Positions 28,656 through 56,659 of a stretch of DNA of 64,000 nucleotides are shown here, in pieces; the stretch's first letter is position 1, and each line of letters starts with the position of its first letter. Below the pieces are notes generated by a model that searched no databases, was not told where the DNA came from, and worked only from the letters and a program-made list of their open reading frames with translations. The stretch lies in NCBI GenBank assembly GCA_963693365.1, contig CAVNZM010000002.1:8901059-8965058 (forward strand), given 5' to 3'. This stretch comes from Amoebidium appalachense (taxonomy: Eukaryota; Protista; Ichthyosporea). Both the position numbers and the translations under genes were made by a program.

Positions 28656-28830
28656 ATGTGTGCGTGTGTGACTGTGACACTGTGTGTGTGTGTTTGTGTG
28701 ACACTATGTACATGTGTACACATCATGGTGTGTGTGTGTGCGCGCGCGCATGTGTGTGCGTGTGTGTGTTTGTGTTCATGCGTGTGTGAGCTTGGGCGTG
28801 TGGCACTGCAGCATACAGATGTGTGACTGC
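28035..28830. repeat. ~800-bp mosaic alternating purine-pyrimidine tract (TG/CG/TA/CA)
   Basis: Near-continuous degenerate (GT)n with GC and AT interruptions, intergenic. Confidence 0.85.
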
Positions 28831-29363
28831 CGCAGTATTAATGTGCATATGGCCCGTGTGTGGGTCGAAGCTTCCCCCCCATTATAACCAAAGGTGAAGA
28901 TGTGTCATTCTAGAAGGCTATTTTTTTCTCTTTCCTCTCCCCTCCGGCTTCCCCCCCCCCCCCCCCTCCCCCCTCCCTCCCCCCCCCCTTTTTTTTAAAA
29001 AAAATTTTTATTTTTTTTACCATACAATGTTTTTGATTGAAACTGAGTGCAGAGCCGCATGCACCGTGCTTTCTATTTACAAACCGTGATCGAGCATTGC
29101 CGTGACTTCAAGCCAATCGTTATTCTCAATAGACTTCTTGCATTATTTCTATTCATTGCCGACGAAATATGGCGACGCTGATAAAGATTATAAAAACATC
29201 ATCTTTTCACAATTCACCCGTTATTTGTGAGGTTCTGCCGAGACTTTACTATCGATTATCGATTACAAGCTTGCTTGATTGCACTAGAACTAGAACTATA
29301 GGCTTTCTTTCAATTGAGTTTGATAAATTTTGGGGTTGGAGGGAAGCGTGAAGAGATGGGCGG

Positions 29364-29416
<53 letters not shown>

Positions 29417-30164
29417 AGCAGGGGCAGACGTGGAATCCAGTCCCCCTGAATGGATCCCCGTGCACGATTTAATTTGATACATGCGTGTGTGCGTGTGTGT
29501 GCACTCTGTGGGTATGTGTGTGTTTGCACGCGCGCGCGCCTGTACATGTGCGTGTCAGCGTGTGTTGTGATGTGTTAGAAGTTGTGTGTGACACTGTGTG
29601 TTGATGAGGACTTCTATATCATGTGTGTATGTGTGTGTGTGCCAGGGTGTGCGCCCGTGTGTGAGCAAGGGCGTGCGTGCATGTATGCGGAGGGTGGTGG
29701 TAGGAGTGTGGGTCGGTGGGTGGGTGGGGGGGGCGGGTGCTGGGATCTGTTCGTTTCTCTGGTCAAGTTATAATTTGGGATGTGTTCGATAAGGATTAAT
29801 CAACTAATCATTAGTTAGATCACGTGCACAGCACATGTTAACAGTAAAACACCTAATGAAGGTTGTATTAAGACAAGAACACTATAAATAAACTTGAAAA
29901 TAGGTAAAGGAAGACAGTGGCCTATTTGTAAGAGCCTTTTGTTCCCAAACGTCCCCCCATCCCCCCCTCCCTCCCCCCCCCCCCCCCCTCCCCCTCCCCC
30001 TCCTCCTCCCCCTCCTCCCCTCCGCCCCTTGTTACATCTGCATGTGAATGCACAGAAAATCGATGGCTGGTTGTCAACCACAATGTGAAAAACGATGAGA
30101 TTGACAAAAAAGGTGATGTCTTTGGGTCTTGTGTAACTTTATGAATGGTTCCACACTGTATTTT

Positions 30165-30260
30165 AGGAAATATTCATGTGTACAAACATGACACATATAT
30201 TGCTTTCGAATAAGGAAATATTCATGTGTACAAACATGACACATATATTGCTTTCGAATA
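30165..30260. repeat. Perfect 48-bp tandem duplication
   Basis: AGGAAATATTCATGTGTACAAACATGACACATATATTGCTTTCGAATA x2, downstream of the gene 4 stop. Confidence 0.9.
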
Positions 30261-30507
30261 AAGACATAACCTGTAGTAACAATCATGCACGGGCATGTAT
30301 GAATGTCGCACCAGTGGCGGTAGTGTTTTCTATTTTCACAGTCATAATTCCGGTTATTTCACTGTTGCATATTACCCTCCTCTAGGCCCAGTGGTTAAAA
30401 CATCCACACACAAATCATAATTCCTACAAAACATGCTAACCTAAATACCTAAAAACATATTACGCGACATTCTCACCGTCACCTGATGGAGAGGTCGACT
30501 TTTCCAC

Positions 30508-38414
<7,907 letters not shown>

Positions 38415-38974
38415 CTGGTGTAGGGTTGGAATGGGTGTGAATATGCAGTAGTGGTACTGTTTGTGTGTGTGTGTGTGTATGTGTGTGTGTGTGTGTGTAC
38501 GTGTGTACGTGTATACGTGTGTGTGTGTGTGTGTGTGTGTTTTTGTGTATGGTGTGTGTATTGCGTCTCCGTAAGGTGTGTTTGAACAACCAGGGAAGGT
38601 CGAAGACGATAGTTGTGCTCGTTTTTTTGTGTGTGCCAAATTCATGTCTTTCCTTCTGAGATCGTTGCTGCACATGTTGCCAGGTTCAAGATGATGGGGG
38701 CTAAGAGTGAGACGGAGAACCAATGGAGAGGGAGGCATGGTCATCTTGGCTACTGGGAAAACGAAAAGAAGGCGGGTGCAATAGGTGGTGTGGGTTGTAT
38801 TGTTGGGCGGGGATCAACCTGTGTCGTCGTTGTACCATTTGCATCAAATAGAAAGGGCAGGGGAGAAGCTCGCAAGTGTAAACTCGAGTGATGAGAGAAT
38901 TTTCTCAAAGGCGGGAAGAATGGTTTAGTAGAATCGAATGTGAATTCTCCGAAGCTAATCAAAACAATGACTTC

Positions 38975-39305
38975 GGAAACTTATGCACAAAGCAGAACAC
39001 TTGAACATGCAGAACCGAGGATGAATTTGTAAGTTAGCGATTGTGCATCAACGGTGACTCAATCGGGCCTAGCTGATCAAACAAAGAAAGTGTTCGGTGA
39101 TGCAGCTTGGTGATTTGAAAAATGAAACCGTGTGCTCTGGAAATTTATGTACAAAACAGGACTCTTGAACATGCGGAACCGAGGATGAGAGTTGTAAGTA
39201 GGTGATGGTGTATCTACGATGACCCAGTCGGGCCCATGTGATAAAACAAAGAAAGTGTCCGATGCAGCTTTGTGGTTTGATATGAGAGCCTATGCTCTGG
39301 AATTA
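38975..39305. repeat. Diverged ~165-bp direct duplication upstream of gene 4
   Basis: Two copies share CTTGAACATGC(A/G)GAACCGAGGATGA...TCGGGCC...AAACAAAGAAAGTGT...GATGCAGCTT...TGCTCTGGAA. Confidence 0.8.
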
Positions 39306-40201
39306 AAGGTTTTTAATGCAGCTAAACTACACTCTAGTTAACACCTGAGATCATATACGACCACAGAAGTATACAGGCACACACACACACACACACACAC
39401 ACACAAGCAATTACCAACCATGACAAGGGACAGGGAGAGAACGAGGGCGAGTCATGCTCTCAGAACGTCTGAGGTGGTCTGAGCTCTTACCTCCGTCACC
39501 AATTGTGAAGTGTAAAACTCGCCGTTGAGCCATTAGTCAGTGCGAGCTCGGCACTGCCTTTCCTTAAAACATCCAGTCTGCATGGCCGAGAGCGAGTGTT
39601 TGATTTTTGGATTGTGGATGTGGCTTGGGTTGGTGATGAGAAGAGAACTTATCTTCGTGCGCCTAATCAATCGCACCTGCCAGAAAATAGTCCAATAATG
39701 ATAAAAGAGAGGTGTTTTGGGCTTGGGGTGCCAGTGTGCTGTATCAGAGCTTAGAAAAAACTGGTGATTTTGAAACTGGTGATTCTGATTGACTGCTTGC
39801 TTGTGGGCCTTTCTTCGTGTTCTCTGGCCCGCGGCCGACCCCTAGCTGGGTGCACGATCACCCCACGCGACGATTCTCTGACGAGATTGGCGGCCAGGTA
39901 AACACATGCAACTATTCTGTCTACATGTGGCTACGCTATATAAGCATACATGACCACAAAACACTATGTATGCACACTGAGGGGGAGCCTCAAACCCTGA
40001 CTTGAAAACAGAGCAGCGGCGAGTTATTGAACTTATTGTGTTTATCGCAGAGGAATGTAAATATGAGGAGAGGATCCAATCAAAGCACCGCTGAAATTCC
40101 ATTGTGTCAAGCCCTGGAATGTAACTGCTCAATAGCATTGTCGAATCAAATACAATAAGCTCTAACCATATAAAGCTTTGCAATCGCTCCAGATTCTCGT
40201 T

Positions 40202-40290
40202 TTGATTGGCTAGATTGAAATCTCTTTCACCCAATCAAATTGCGCTGACTTATCTGTGTCGATCGTAGATCTGGAGACCCATGACGTCAC
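40202..40290. promoter_or_regulatory. Candidate promoter elements between divergent genes 4 and 5: inverted CCAAT pair and a perfect CRE
   Basis: TTGATTGG (40202-40209) and CCAATCAA (40231-40238) form an inverted pair. TGACGTCA lies at 40282-40289, ~320 bp upstream of the Kazal ATG. Motif match only. Confidence 0.35.
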
Positions 40291-40610
40291 AGGTCTGTGC
40301 CACAAAAACGAAGCCTTCGTTCAAAAGCAAGAGCGAGTGAAGAGCGAAAAGGAAAAGTAAAACGGAGAGGGGGAAAAAAAATACGAAGAGGAGAAAGGAG
40401 TAGCCGCCCAAGAAACACGGGCATTCCTTTTTCTCCTTAATTTTCTCCGACTAGCATTTTCTCAAATATATTGTGAGGAAAACCCAAGGTGACGACTTCG
40501 ACAACCACATAGTGGTGTGAGATCTCACTTCGCCCATCCTCAGCCAAGTTAACCACACATACAACACAGTAGAGAGACTACAACTGGTTTTTTTGAGGGG
40601 GGCATTTACC

Positions 40611-47051
<6,441 letters not shown>

Positions 47052-47069
47052 GACTTGCATCCCCCCTCT

Positions 47070-47117
<48 letters not shown>

Positions 47118-47341
47118 AAAAAAAAAAGAAAAAAAGAAGAAGAAGAGGAAGAAGAAAGAAAGAAGGGGGGGGGGGGGGGGATGGGGGGGATCATTTGTGC
47201 TATTCGTTTGCCACGTGTTATGATAACCATGTGTGGGCGCTCTTCAATCAATCCGTTTCCACGCATTTCGACTATGAGCCTTGCACCATTACCACCAAGC
47301 ATGTCATGTTAGATGGGGGGAGGGAGGGGGGAGGGAGGGAG

Positions 47342-47411
<70 letters not shown>

Positions 47412-48021
47412 AGCATTTGGGTCAGTAATTCCAAACGTGGTTAATAAGGTGCAGAACTGCCATTAATTCGTGTGAGATTTTGGCTAAAATAAAGGGGGGG
47501 GGGGGGGGGGCAGATTGGGGGTCGGGATAGTGGTGCCAAATATGGTTATGCTTGGTGAGCCGCCATTGGTTCACGTGGCTCTGTAAGGTTTTCAATCTCT
47601 TTAACTCAAAATGCTAATTTTCTTTAACTCCTCAGGTCTGATATTGCGGAGACGGTCAGCATCGGCTCAGGCAGCTTTTCCGAGTAGACACGATTGGTTT
47701 TTTCACCTGGACCGCTTTTTTTTAATACCATATATGGTGAGACGGATGGTTTGAACGCTTTTATACATGTTTTAGTAGTTGAAAGGTCCCGTACACATGC
47801 TTGGAAGAATGGTATACTGTAACATATAATACATTTAGACGCTCGCGCACCCTGGCAATTGGTTGATTGCAGGTTTTTCTCAACTTTTTTCCCCATCTTT
47901 TCTCCCCTTTGGTGGGGTGGTGTTCAAAGCTTTTTGGTGTGTGTGTGTGTGTGTGTGCATGTGTGTGTGCGTGTGCGTGTGCATGCGTGTTTGTATTTTT
48001 GTTTGTGTGTGATGTGGTGGT

Positions 48022-48063
<42 letters not shown>

Positions 48064-48537
48064 TTTTTTTTGGGGGGGGGGGGGAGGGTCACTGACCCCT
48101 CACTCAATTGCTGTGTTTACCAAGCGGCACGTGTGGTTGTGTGTGGGTGAATGCGGCTTAAGTAGTTTCGAATGCATAGGGTATAAACTTTCTCGGATTC
48201 AGGGCCCATTTTCTGTCTATCTCGCATGGTTTTAATCCGATGCATATGGTGTCCCCATCTCTCCTTTAAGAAAGATGTCAGTTGACTGGACGGGGAAAGG
48301 TTTAAATGGTTTTTCTGTTCAGATTAGCCGATGTCGCAGTGGCTGTGTTCGGTCGTTTGTTGTGTGGCTCGCGGTAGTGATGTTAATGCATATATAAGTA
48401 GCAGCGAGTGGAAGATCTTAGCAGCAAATGGAATACCGGCCGGTGATACTGGCAATGTAGGGGCCGGTCTACTCGACTTTTAGTAAACTATCAACTAACA
48501 AACTCTGAAGTGCCACGAATCGGATCCGTTGTGTTTC

Positions 48538-48574
<37 letters not shown>

Positions 48575-48583
48575 CCCCGCCCC

Positions 48584-48646
<63 letters not shown>

Positions 48647-48800
48647 GTAGCCAACACACGCCCCACGGCCTTCCTCTAGATCTGAGTCAAGAGTTCGACT
48701 TGTGTTTCAATTTGTGTGCATTGTCGTTGAGTGAAGCCTACTATCTCTATGTATGTATGTACCTCCGAAAAATCGTGTAACATGTACCCCAGCCAAGTTG

Positions 48801-48849
<49 letters not shown>

Positions 48850-49047
48850 TTTGTGCACATACCCCAATAGCACTGGAGACTCAGTTGAACCCTCCCCCCT
48901 CCCCCCCCCCTCCCCGGCCCCGGGCCCGGCTCACACATACCCTCGAGTTCCCTCCCTTCCCCTCCCCTCGAGTCCTCAGCATGTTCCTAACAACGAGGCT
49001 CCCCCCTCCCCCCCCCCCCCCCCCCCCCCCTCTCCCCACCCCACCCC

Positions 49048-49079
<32 letters not shown>

Positions 49080-49953
49080 ACACCGTCCTCGAGTCCCCTC
49101 CCCTCCCCACTCCTCGAGTCTTCGACAGGTTCCTCAAGCACAGTGCATGCGCACGTGGAAGACAGAAAATTAAATGGGAATGAGTACATATTAACACAGC
49201 TAATATCTAGTGATAGTACGTAGACAATATATGGCGTCCGTCTATAATATTCCCATGTCATGTGTGTGTCGGGCAGCCTCATGTGTGTGTCATGACGGTC
49301 ACGTGTACATGTACATGTGTCAACTAATATTAGATAGCGCTAGCCCGGCTATTGGCATGTACATGTAACATACGTGTTCCATGGTCGCCACTCTGATAGC
49401 ACCAGGCATGATGTTACAGGTCACAGGTTCATGATATGCACCATGTTGCTCCCAATGCTTTTCAGTTTCTTGAGCACAAATACTGTTGCATGTAACTGTT
49501 TGAATAAATATAGAATCATTAGGCCTATTCAATTGTGCTAGTGCATTAATATTAGTACTAGTCCACGTCAGCTCTAGAATATTCAACATGCATGTCACGG
49601 GAGCATGTGCCCCGTACTGGCAGTGGCGTGTTCATATATAGATGTGACGTCACATCATGTGAGCATAGAGATTGATGGAACGCATGTGATAGCGCTTCAA
49701 GCATTATGATTGGCTCGTTGTTTATCGTGTGTGTTAACGGTTTCAGGGTGTACAATATTTCAGACCTGTTGTTTTGTTATATGCTGCGGTGGAGTTGGCT
49801 GCCTAGTGTGATATATAAAATTCTACCTAAGCAGAATACCAGTAACAGACTTTTTTTTTTTTTTTTTTTTTTTCCTTCTTTTTTTCCCCCTACTGTCTTC
49901 ATTGGTTTTTTCCTAGCAGATTATTATTGTCACAGCCAGACAATGGTACGATA

Positions 49954-50376
49954 GCTAATATTAGGGGATTACGAAAAAAAATCGTCGTAATTATTTTTTC
50001 TTTTGACTCGGTTACGATTAACGAAAAACCCCGATACGAATAAGGTTAGGGTGCCGTCGTAACAGATTTCGTATCAGATGTATAGCATTATAAACGCTTT
50101 AAGGCCCCCTAATATCTAACTGTATCTAATTTTTTCAATATTTCTGTTCAAGAACATATCTACAGCGCTTCTCATGAGCAAAAACGAACCCCGACAAGTG
50201 TCCAGGGCTTGTAATTTCGGGATACCTAATTTGTAAAAACGCGTAATTTGAGTTTTGTGACTGGAGGGGCGTTTTTAGCTGGGCTTGCAGATCCCCAAGA
50301 AAACCCCCGTTACGAATCTACGATTAAGAGTGTCCGTTACGATTGGCCAAAGGACAATACGAACCCTGATATTAGC
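49954..50376. mobile_element. MITE-like element with inverted ends and repeated TACGA/TCGTA subterminal motifs
   Basis: GCTAATATTAGGG at the left and CCCTGATATTAGC at the right (1 mismatch), with ~10 TACGA/TCGTA motifs clustered near both ends. It ends ~210 bp upstream of the cathepsin ATG. Confidence 0.5.
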
Positions 50377-50587
50377 CCGTCAATATGTTTAGTACCCTGA
50401 ATGTTTATCAGCCGAAAGCGCGCACCCGAATTCCTTCGAGCTGTTCAGAGTTCACACTCTTTATGCTCTTGACAACACCAAACAAAAACAAACCTTACCA
50501 TTTTTTTCCCATCCATTTTCGTCGTACAAACACAGACCCATATCCAGACACCACAGCCATTCCAGCCAGTGAACAAATATCGTGACC

Positions 50588-51625
50588 ATGTTAGCGAAAA
50601 CACCGTTCCTTCTGGCTGTGTGTGGGCTAGCCATGGCCCAGACAGTTCAGCAGACTCTCAAGAACTTGCTTAGCAATGGTCGTCTAGGTGCTGGCCTGGA
50701 GATTGATGTTGCAAAATGTCCACAAAAGGTTCCCCCCCCCCCCCCCCACCACCACCACCACCACCACCACCACCATCACTACCACCACCACTCTCAATCA
50801 CACTCACACACACACACTCACACATCCACTCACACACATGCAAACAGAAGAACAAAGCATCTGCAGACCTTACCCATGTTATACCGCCTGTCCGATTATG
50901 CAACTCTCATGTATACTCTCTACGGTGGAGTCGTCCCCATCTTTTCAGTAGTTGTCAATCTGAAAAGAAACACAAGCCATGGCAGCCTCATCAATCACAA
51001 GATTACACACAAACCCCCCCCCCGCTCCCCCTCCCTCCTCCCCACCCCCCACCTCGCATCCCATAACCATACCCCACCACCCTCCTCCCAAGTCGGCTGC
51101 TGCCCAAGCGCCCCTCTTCAAACTCTCGGGGCACACTGCTTCAATCTCCACTGGAGCATGCTGACAATCCAAGGAAATGACGGGCACCTTTCACGTTTTA
51201 GCACTAGCACCATGCTGACGTTGCCGAAAGATTAACAGCTCATGATCAGAGCATTGCATAACATAGTTTTTTTCTCCCCACAGAAACTGAATGACTCGGA
51301 ATATGCCGGCATTACCGTTCCAGACTCCTACGACTGGACGTAGGTGCCCTGCCGTCGCTAATGTTTTCTTTTTCTAGGTTAGGGTTAGAAAAAAACTAAA
51401 GAGAAATGGAGAGCACGTGTGGACTTAGAAGGCATCCGAAGGGTTTCAGACGATACGATAAATTTATATGGGAAGAAAGCAGGGGAGGCGGGAAGAGGAG
51501 TGGGGTGTTGGTGGTGGTGTGTGTGCCGGGCACGGGGGTGCGAGGAGAGAGGGGGGGGGGAGGGGCGGGGGAGGTGACAGTGTCTGTTTGTGGGTGTTGC
51601 TGGTCAGGTTTTAAAGCCCTTTTTT

Positions 51626-51667
<42 letters not shown>

Positions 51668-53600
51668 GGGGGTGCCTAAGATGGGCTGAGTGAAGGGTGT
51701 GTGGTGGTAGTGGGATGGGGGGGGGGGGGGGGGGGGGGAAGGGTTGTTTGGTAAGTTGTGGTGTGCAGTAGTTGCCGTTCATAAAGTGCATGTACGACTC
51801 TGGGAATGTGAGTTGTGTGTTATTGGTTGTGTTTTGCACTTCATAGTTGGTACCGCTTCCTAGCCCCCCCCCCCCTCCCCACCTCCCCTTTCACTCCACT
51901 ACCGTCCCTTGCTCCCTCCCTCCCCTTCCCCCCCCCCCCCCCCTCCTTCCCTCTTTTCTTTCCCCCCTCCCCCCCCCCTCCCCCCCCCTCCCCCCGGCAC
52001 CAAGACCCCCCAATCTCTCCCAACATCCCAAAAAGCATCCACCCCCTCCTTCCTCCCCCCCCCACCTCTCCCCCCCCCCCCCCCCCCCCTCCCCCCCCCC
52101 AAGCTCCCCGCCTCTTTTCCCCTGACTTCCATTCCTCTCACTTTTTCTAACGGAAACGATGTAGTGATATCGATAATAAAAATGATTTAGTAATAATCTT
52201 AATATCTTCGACAGAACGGACGCAGCCAACACCAACTGTGTGCCGTACATTCAGGACCAGAAGAGCTGTGGCTCATGCTGGGCTTTCTCGTACGCATACC
52301 CTCCCCCCCCACCCCCCACCCCCCCCCTCGCCTCCACCCCTTCCCTCCCCCCGCTGCTCTCCCCGCCTCTTCCCCCTCCCCCCCCCCCCCCCCCCTCTCC
52401 TCCCCCCCCCTCCCTCCCTTGCCCTTCTCCCCCCCTCTCTACATTGTGTTGTCCGTCATGAACTTGTACTTCGTACTCTGTAACGCGTGCTAACCACCTC
52501 CCCCCTCACTCCACCCCCCCCCCCCCCCCCACCACACACACACACTCAGCCAACCCCCCCCCCCCCCCCCCCCCCCCCCTACACACACATGCACACATGC
52601 AGGCATTCCCTTCCAATGCTAAACCGGCCCCACCTTTCATCCTCCCCAATAGTCTATGGGATTGTACAACTTCCAAAAACGTGTTGCGTGGTCACTTCAA
52701 CACCCTCCCCCCGCGCCCTCCCCCCTCCCCCCGCCCCCTGCTCTCTCCCTCCCCTCCCAATCCCCTCCCCCTGCTCCCACCTCCACACCCCTATGAACTT
52801 TGTACATCTGCTTTTTTTCCCCAGTTGGAAGGAGGTCGTACGGGGAGACAGGGGGAGGGAGGGAGAGAGGGGGGGGGGTTAGGATTCGTGTTTGTGTGCA
52901 CGAGTGTGTAGGTTTTCTTTTGTTTCGGGATAGAGGAGATCGGTTTTCTTTCTTTTTCTTTTTTTGCCCCGGGATTGGGGGGGGAATTGAGAGAGGGGGG
53001 AGGATTTGTTTTTGGGGTGGTAGTGGTGGTGGTGGGGGGGGGGGGGGGGGGGGAAGGGGGGAGGATGAGGAGGGGGGGGGGGGGACTAAAAGTGATTGGT
53101 TGACAGAACTGCATGGGCCCTGTCTGCACGATTCTGCAAAACTGTAAGTTCTCTATGGAACCCCCCCCCCCTCTTTTCCCCCTCCCCCTTCTCTTCCCCC
53201 CCCCCCCCCCCCCCCCACCAACGCTCCCTCCCCCCACTCCCGACTGCCCGAGGGCCCCTCTGAGGATGGGCTCTGCCTATGATCTGTACTCTCTATGTGC
53301 GTTTTGCAAGTTCTGCGTTTCTTTTGTCTGCGCGCGTGTGTACTTCTTACTTTCGTGACGCATTCTACCCCCCCCCCCCCCCCCCCCCCCCCCCTCCTTC
53401 CCCCTGTATGATGGGAGGCTGCTTAATATCTTCTGCCTGCACAATTGTGTTGGTTTCGGCTCTTGTATTCTTTTATTTATTTTTATTATTTTTTTTCTTT
53501 TTTTTTTTTTCCCCTTTCCTTTTCCCTCCCCTGGAGTTTTATATGAGTGCATGGTTGCCACCCTCTCATGCATGGATTACCATTCCCCCCCCCCCCCCTC

Positions 53601-53632
<32 letters not shown>

Positions 53633-53759
53633 GGATGCCTGCGTTACTGTTTGTTCGTCGTAAAATCTAAAAAAAATTGTATTGTGCAACTCATCATGAC
53701 GTTTTATTGTTGTCGTTTGGTGTCTCCTCTCCATATTTCCAACCCTCTAACGTATAAAC

Positions 53760-53793
<34 letters not shown>

Positions 53794-55651
53794 CCCCCCT
53801 CGACACGTTCGAGTTTCCCCCCTTTACCTCAACCTTTTCCTTCTCCATTCACCAACCCCCCCCCCCCTGCCCCTCCCCGATCCCAACCCTAATCCCCCCC
53901 TCCCTCCACCTCCCTCCCTCCCCCCATCCCCCCCCCCCCCCCCCCCCCCCATCACCCACCCACCCACCCACACACACACCTCCACCCCACTCCACCCCCC
54001 TATCACACCGCACCCCCGCCATCCCCACCCCACCCACCACCCCATCTACTCAAGGTGCCACACACTCTCGCCTCCCAGTCCAACCCCCCCCCCCCCCCCC
54101 CCCCCCCCCACCACCACCACCACCACCACTCACTTGTGTATTGTCTTCTGCCTCTTGCCCCCCCCCCCCCCCCCCCCCCCCCCCTCCCCCCCCCCCTCCC
54201 TCCTCCTCTCTCTCCCCCTCCCCCCCCCCCCTCCCCCTCCCCCCCTCAAATTTTCTTACCTGCACACTCACCAAACACTCTTTCAGCTTGAGCCGGCAGT
54301 TCTAATATGGTAAGCCCGGTAGCAAGCGGCAACATTGGCACATTTAGGTGATGCGCTCACGCCCAATCGCTTTACTCAAATCTGTCCATTAAGAGCTTAA
54401 AGCTACTTTCAACACATTTGATTGGCTTCAAAACATTTTACCCCCTTTGAAGACAAGCAATTAGGGCCAAAAACAGTAGACTGTCCAATTTCAACTTATC
54501 AAACACCAGACTGGTGGTTTAGGGTTTACAAGGTGATCTCTATGACAAACCTTTTCTCTCAATTTCGGACGCTGTGCAACTCCTTTTCCAAAGCACAAAC
54601 ATTCAAAAATTAGTTATAGTATTGAAGTTTTTAGAAATTAAAGAGTTTATGCGCTATCGAAGTTATTTGTGAGCTGAAAAATCATAAGCCTGATTCAAAG
54701 CTAGTTCTGTTTGACTTACACTACTCCGCGTAAGTTTATGCAACATGTGTGATAATCTACGAATAAGAAATCGCCATGTCTCACCAGCATGCTTAACGGT
54801 TTGCTTGAAAAATTTATATAGAACCGAAAAAAACTTCGCCTGCTAATAAATGGATATTTCAAATCAACTTATAACGCGCTTTTTCTTAGCTGCTCTCTAT
54901 TTCATTTCTCGTTTATCAGTAATTTTTTTCCAAAGTACGTGCTTGGCATGCTGCTAAATTTTAGCACTGGATATCAGAGTCACGGAGCCAATCACAAGCG
55001 GGTCTGCCACGAGATACTTTCGGCAGCCGGCATATCAGCGTGGCTCAGGAATGCGTTTCCTAGATTGAGTCTTATCCATTTGGATATCACTCGATTTCAC
55101 AACTTACCATATTAGAACTGCCGCTTGGGTATCGGGTTGCGCACACACAAAACCTTAAGGGAAGGATGGAGTCAGGAGGTATATTTTACCACGGCATCAT
55201 AGTTTTGTTGTTTAGTATCTATATAATACCACTCAAACCCACACATGATACATGTTATTATAGTATAGTATGGTTTTATATGATTAGAATATAACGTAAC
55301 ATGATATTGTTTTTCTTAAGGTATGTGTGTTTTGGGGGTTTTGCAGAGCAACGGAACCATAAAGGCGTCGCTGTCACCTCAAGACTTTGTCACCTGCGAC
55401 CACACGTGTAAGGTGAGGGGAGTGGGGGGTTTGTCTACGTGCGTGTGAAAATATGCACAAAAGCATACATACATACATACATAAATACATACATAATACA
55501 CGATACATACATACGCGCGAGCGCACACCCACACACACACATCACAAAAACACACACACACACACACATAACAGACACACCCGGCGCAGCTTAAACACAC
55601 ACACACAGCAAGAGAGAGAAAGACACAGCCCATGTACAAGCACACACACGT

Positions 55652-55722
<71 letters not shown>

Positions 55723-55729
55723 CACACAA

Positions 55730-55762
<33 letters not shown>

Positions 55763-56250
55763 CCAACACAGGTACTCAGGCACATACACCTCTTGAACTT
55801 TGACGCGAGTAACCGAAAAAATACGGAAATCCGCTCGTGCCGTTTTAACGCGCAAATATACGTGTCATTATAACCTTGATAGACTTTCCTAACAGGAAAC
55901 GATATGAGAATGTATGTTTGCAGGTTTAAAGATTTAAAGAAGTAACCCTTTAGTTAATTAAGTTCTATAACAGGGCTCGATGACTAGTGGTAAACATTAC
56001 TTCTCCTTCCGCCGCCTTCCGCCTCCACACTTCCGCCCTTGCCCCGGAAGTGGTGGGGTGGGGGAAGGAGGGTGGGTGTGTGTGTGTGTTTCAGAGGGGG
56101 GGAGAGGGGGAGGGAAGGGAGAGGGGGGGAGGCAAAGTAACATGCCAACCGTCACACGTAAGCAAGCAGACACAGGCCCCCGCCCATCCAACCAATCACT
56201 CATCTGCCCATGCGCTCACACGCACAAAGCCACACAAGCACACAACCACA

Positions 56251-56309
<59 letters not shown>

Positions 56310-56605
56310 CGCGCAAACGCACACGCTCTCACGTACACCCCCGGGGGCGCCGCAAGTCACTCCCGTGTCACCAATACTCAACTAAATATGTCCACTCCGC
56401 TTTTACTAAATACGGCACCCTGCATTTACTAAATAAGGCAATTTTTACCAGCTGAACGTATCGGCTTTCAACATGAGCATCGGGAGGGGGTGCAATGCCG
56501 GGTGCAGTGGTGGCTGGATCGACAATGCAATTAACTACATGCAGGACGTCGGGTAGGAAATTTGCTGAAGAATCCCCCTGCCCCCCTCCTCCTTCATTTG
56601 CCCCC

Positions 56606-56659
<54 letters not shown>

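Noticed and set aside
51376-51388. TTAGGG telomere-like units (also ~24275-24300)
   Set aside because: Only 1-2 units each, as expected by chance in G-rich low-complexity DNA.
54287-54309. Apparent cathepsin exon containing in-frame TAA, hinting at a reassigned genetic code
   Set aside because: The true exon is 53107-53143 ([12 protein letters not shown]), and this segment belongs to a transposon inverted repeat. All gene models read cleanly in the standard code with TAA, TAG and TGA stops.
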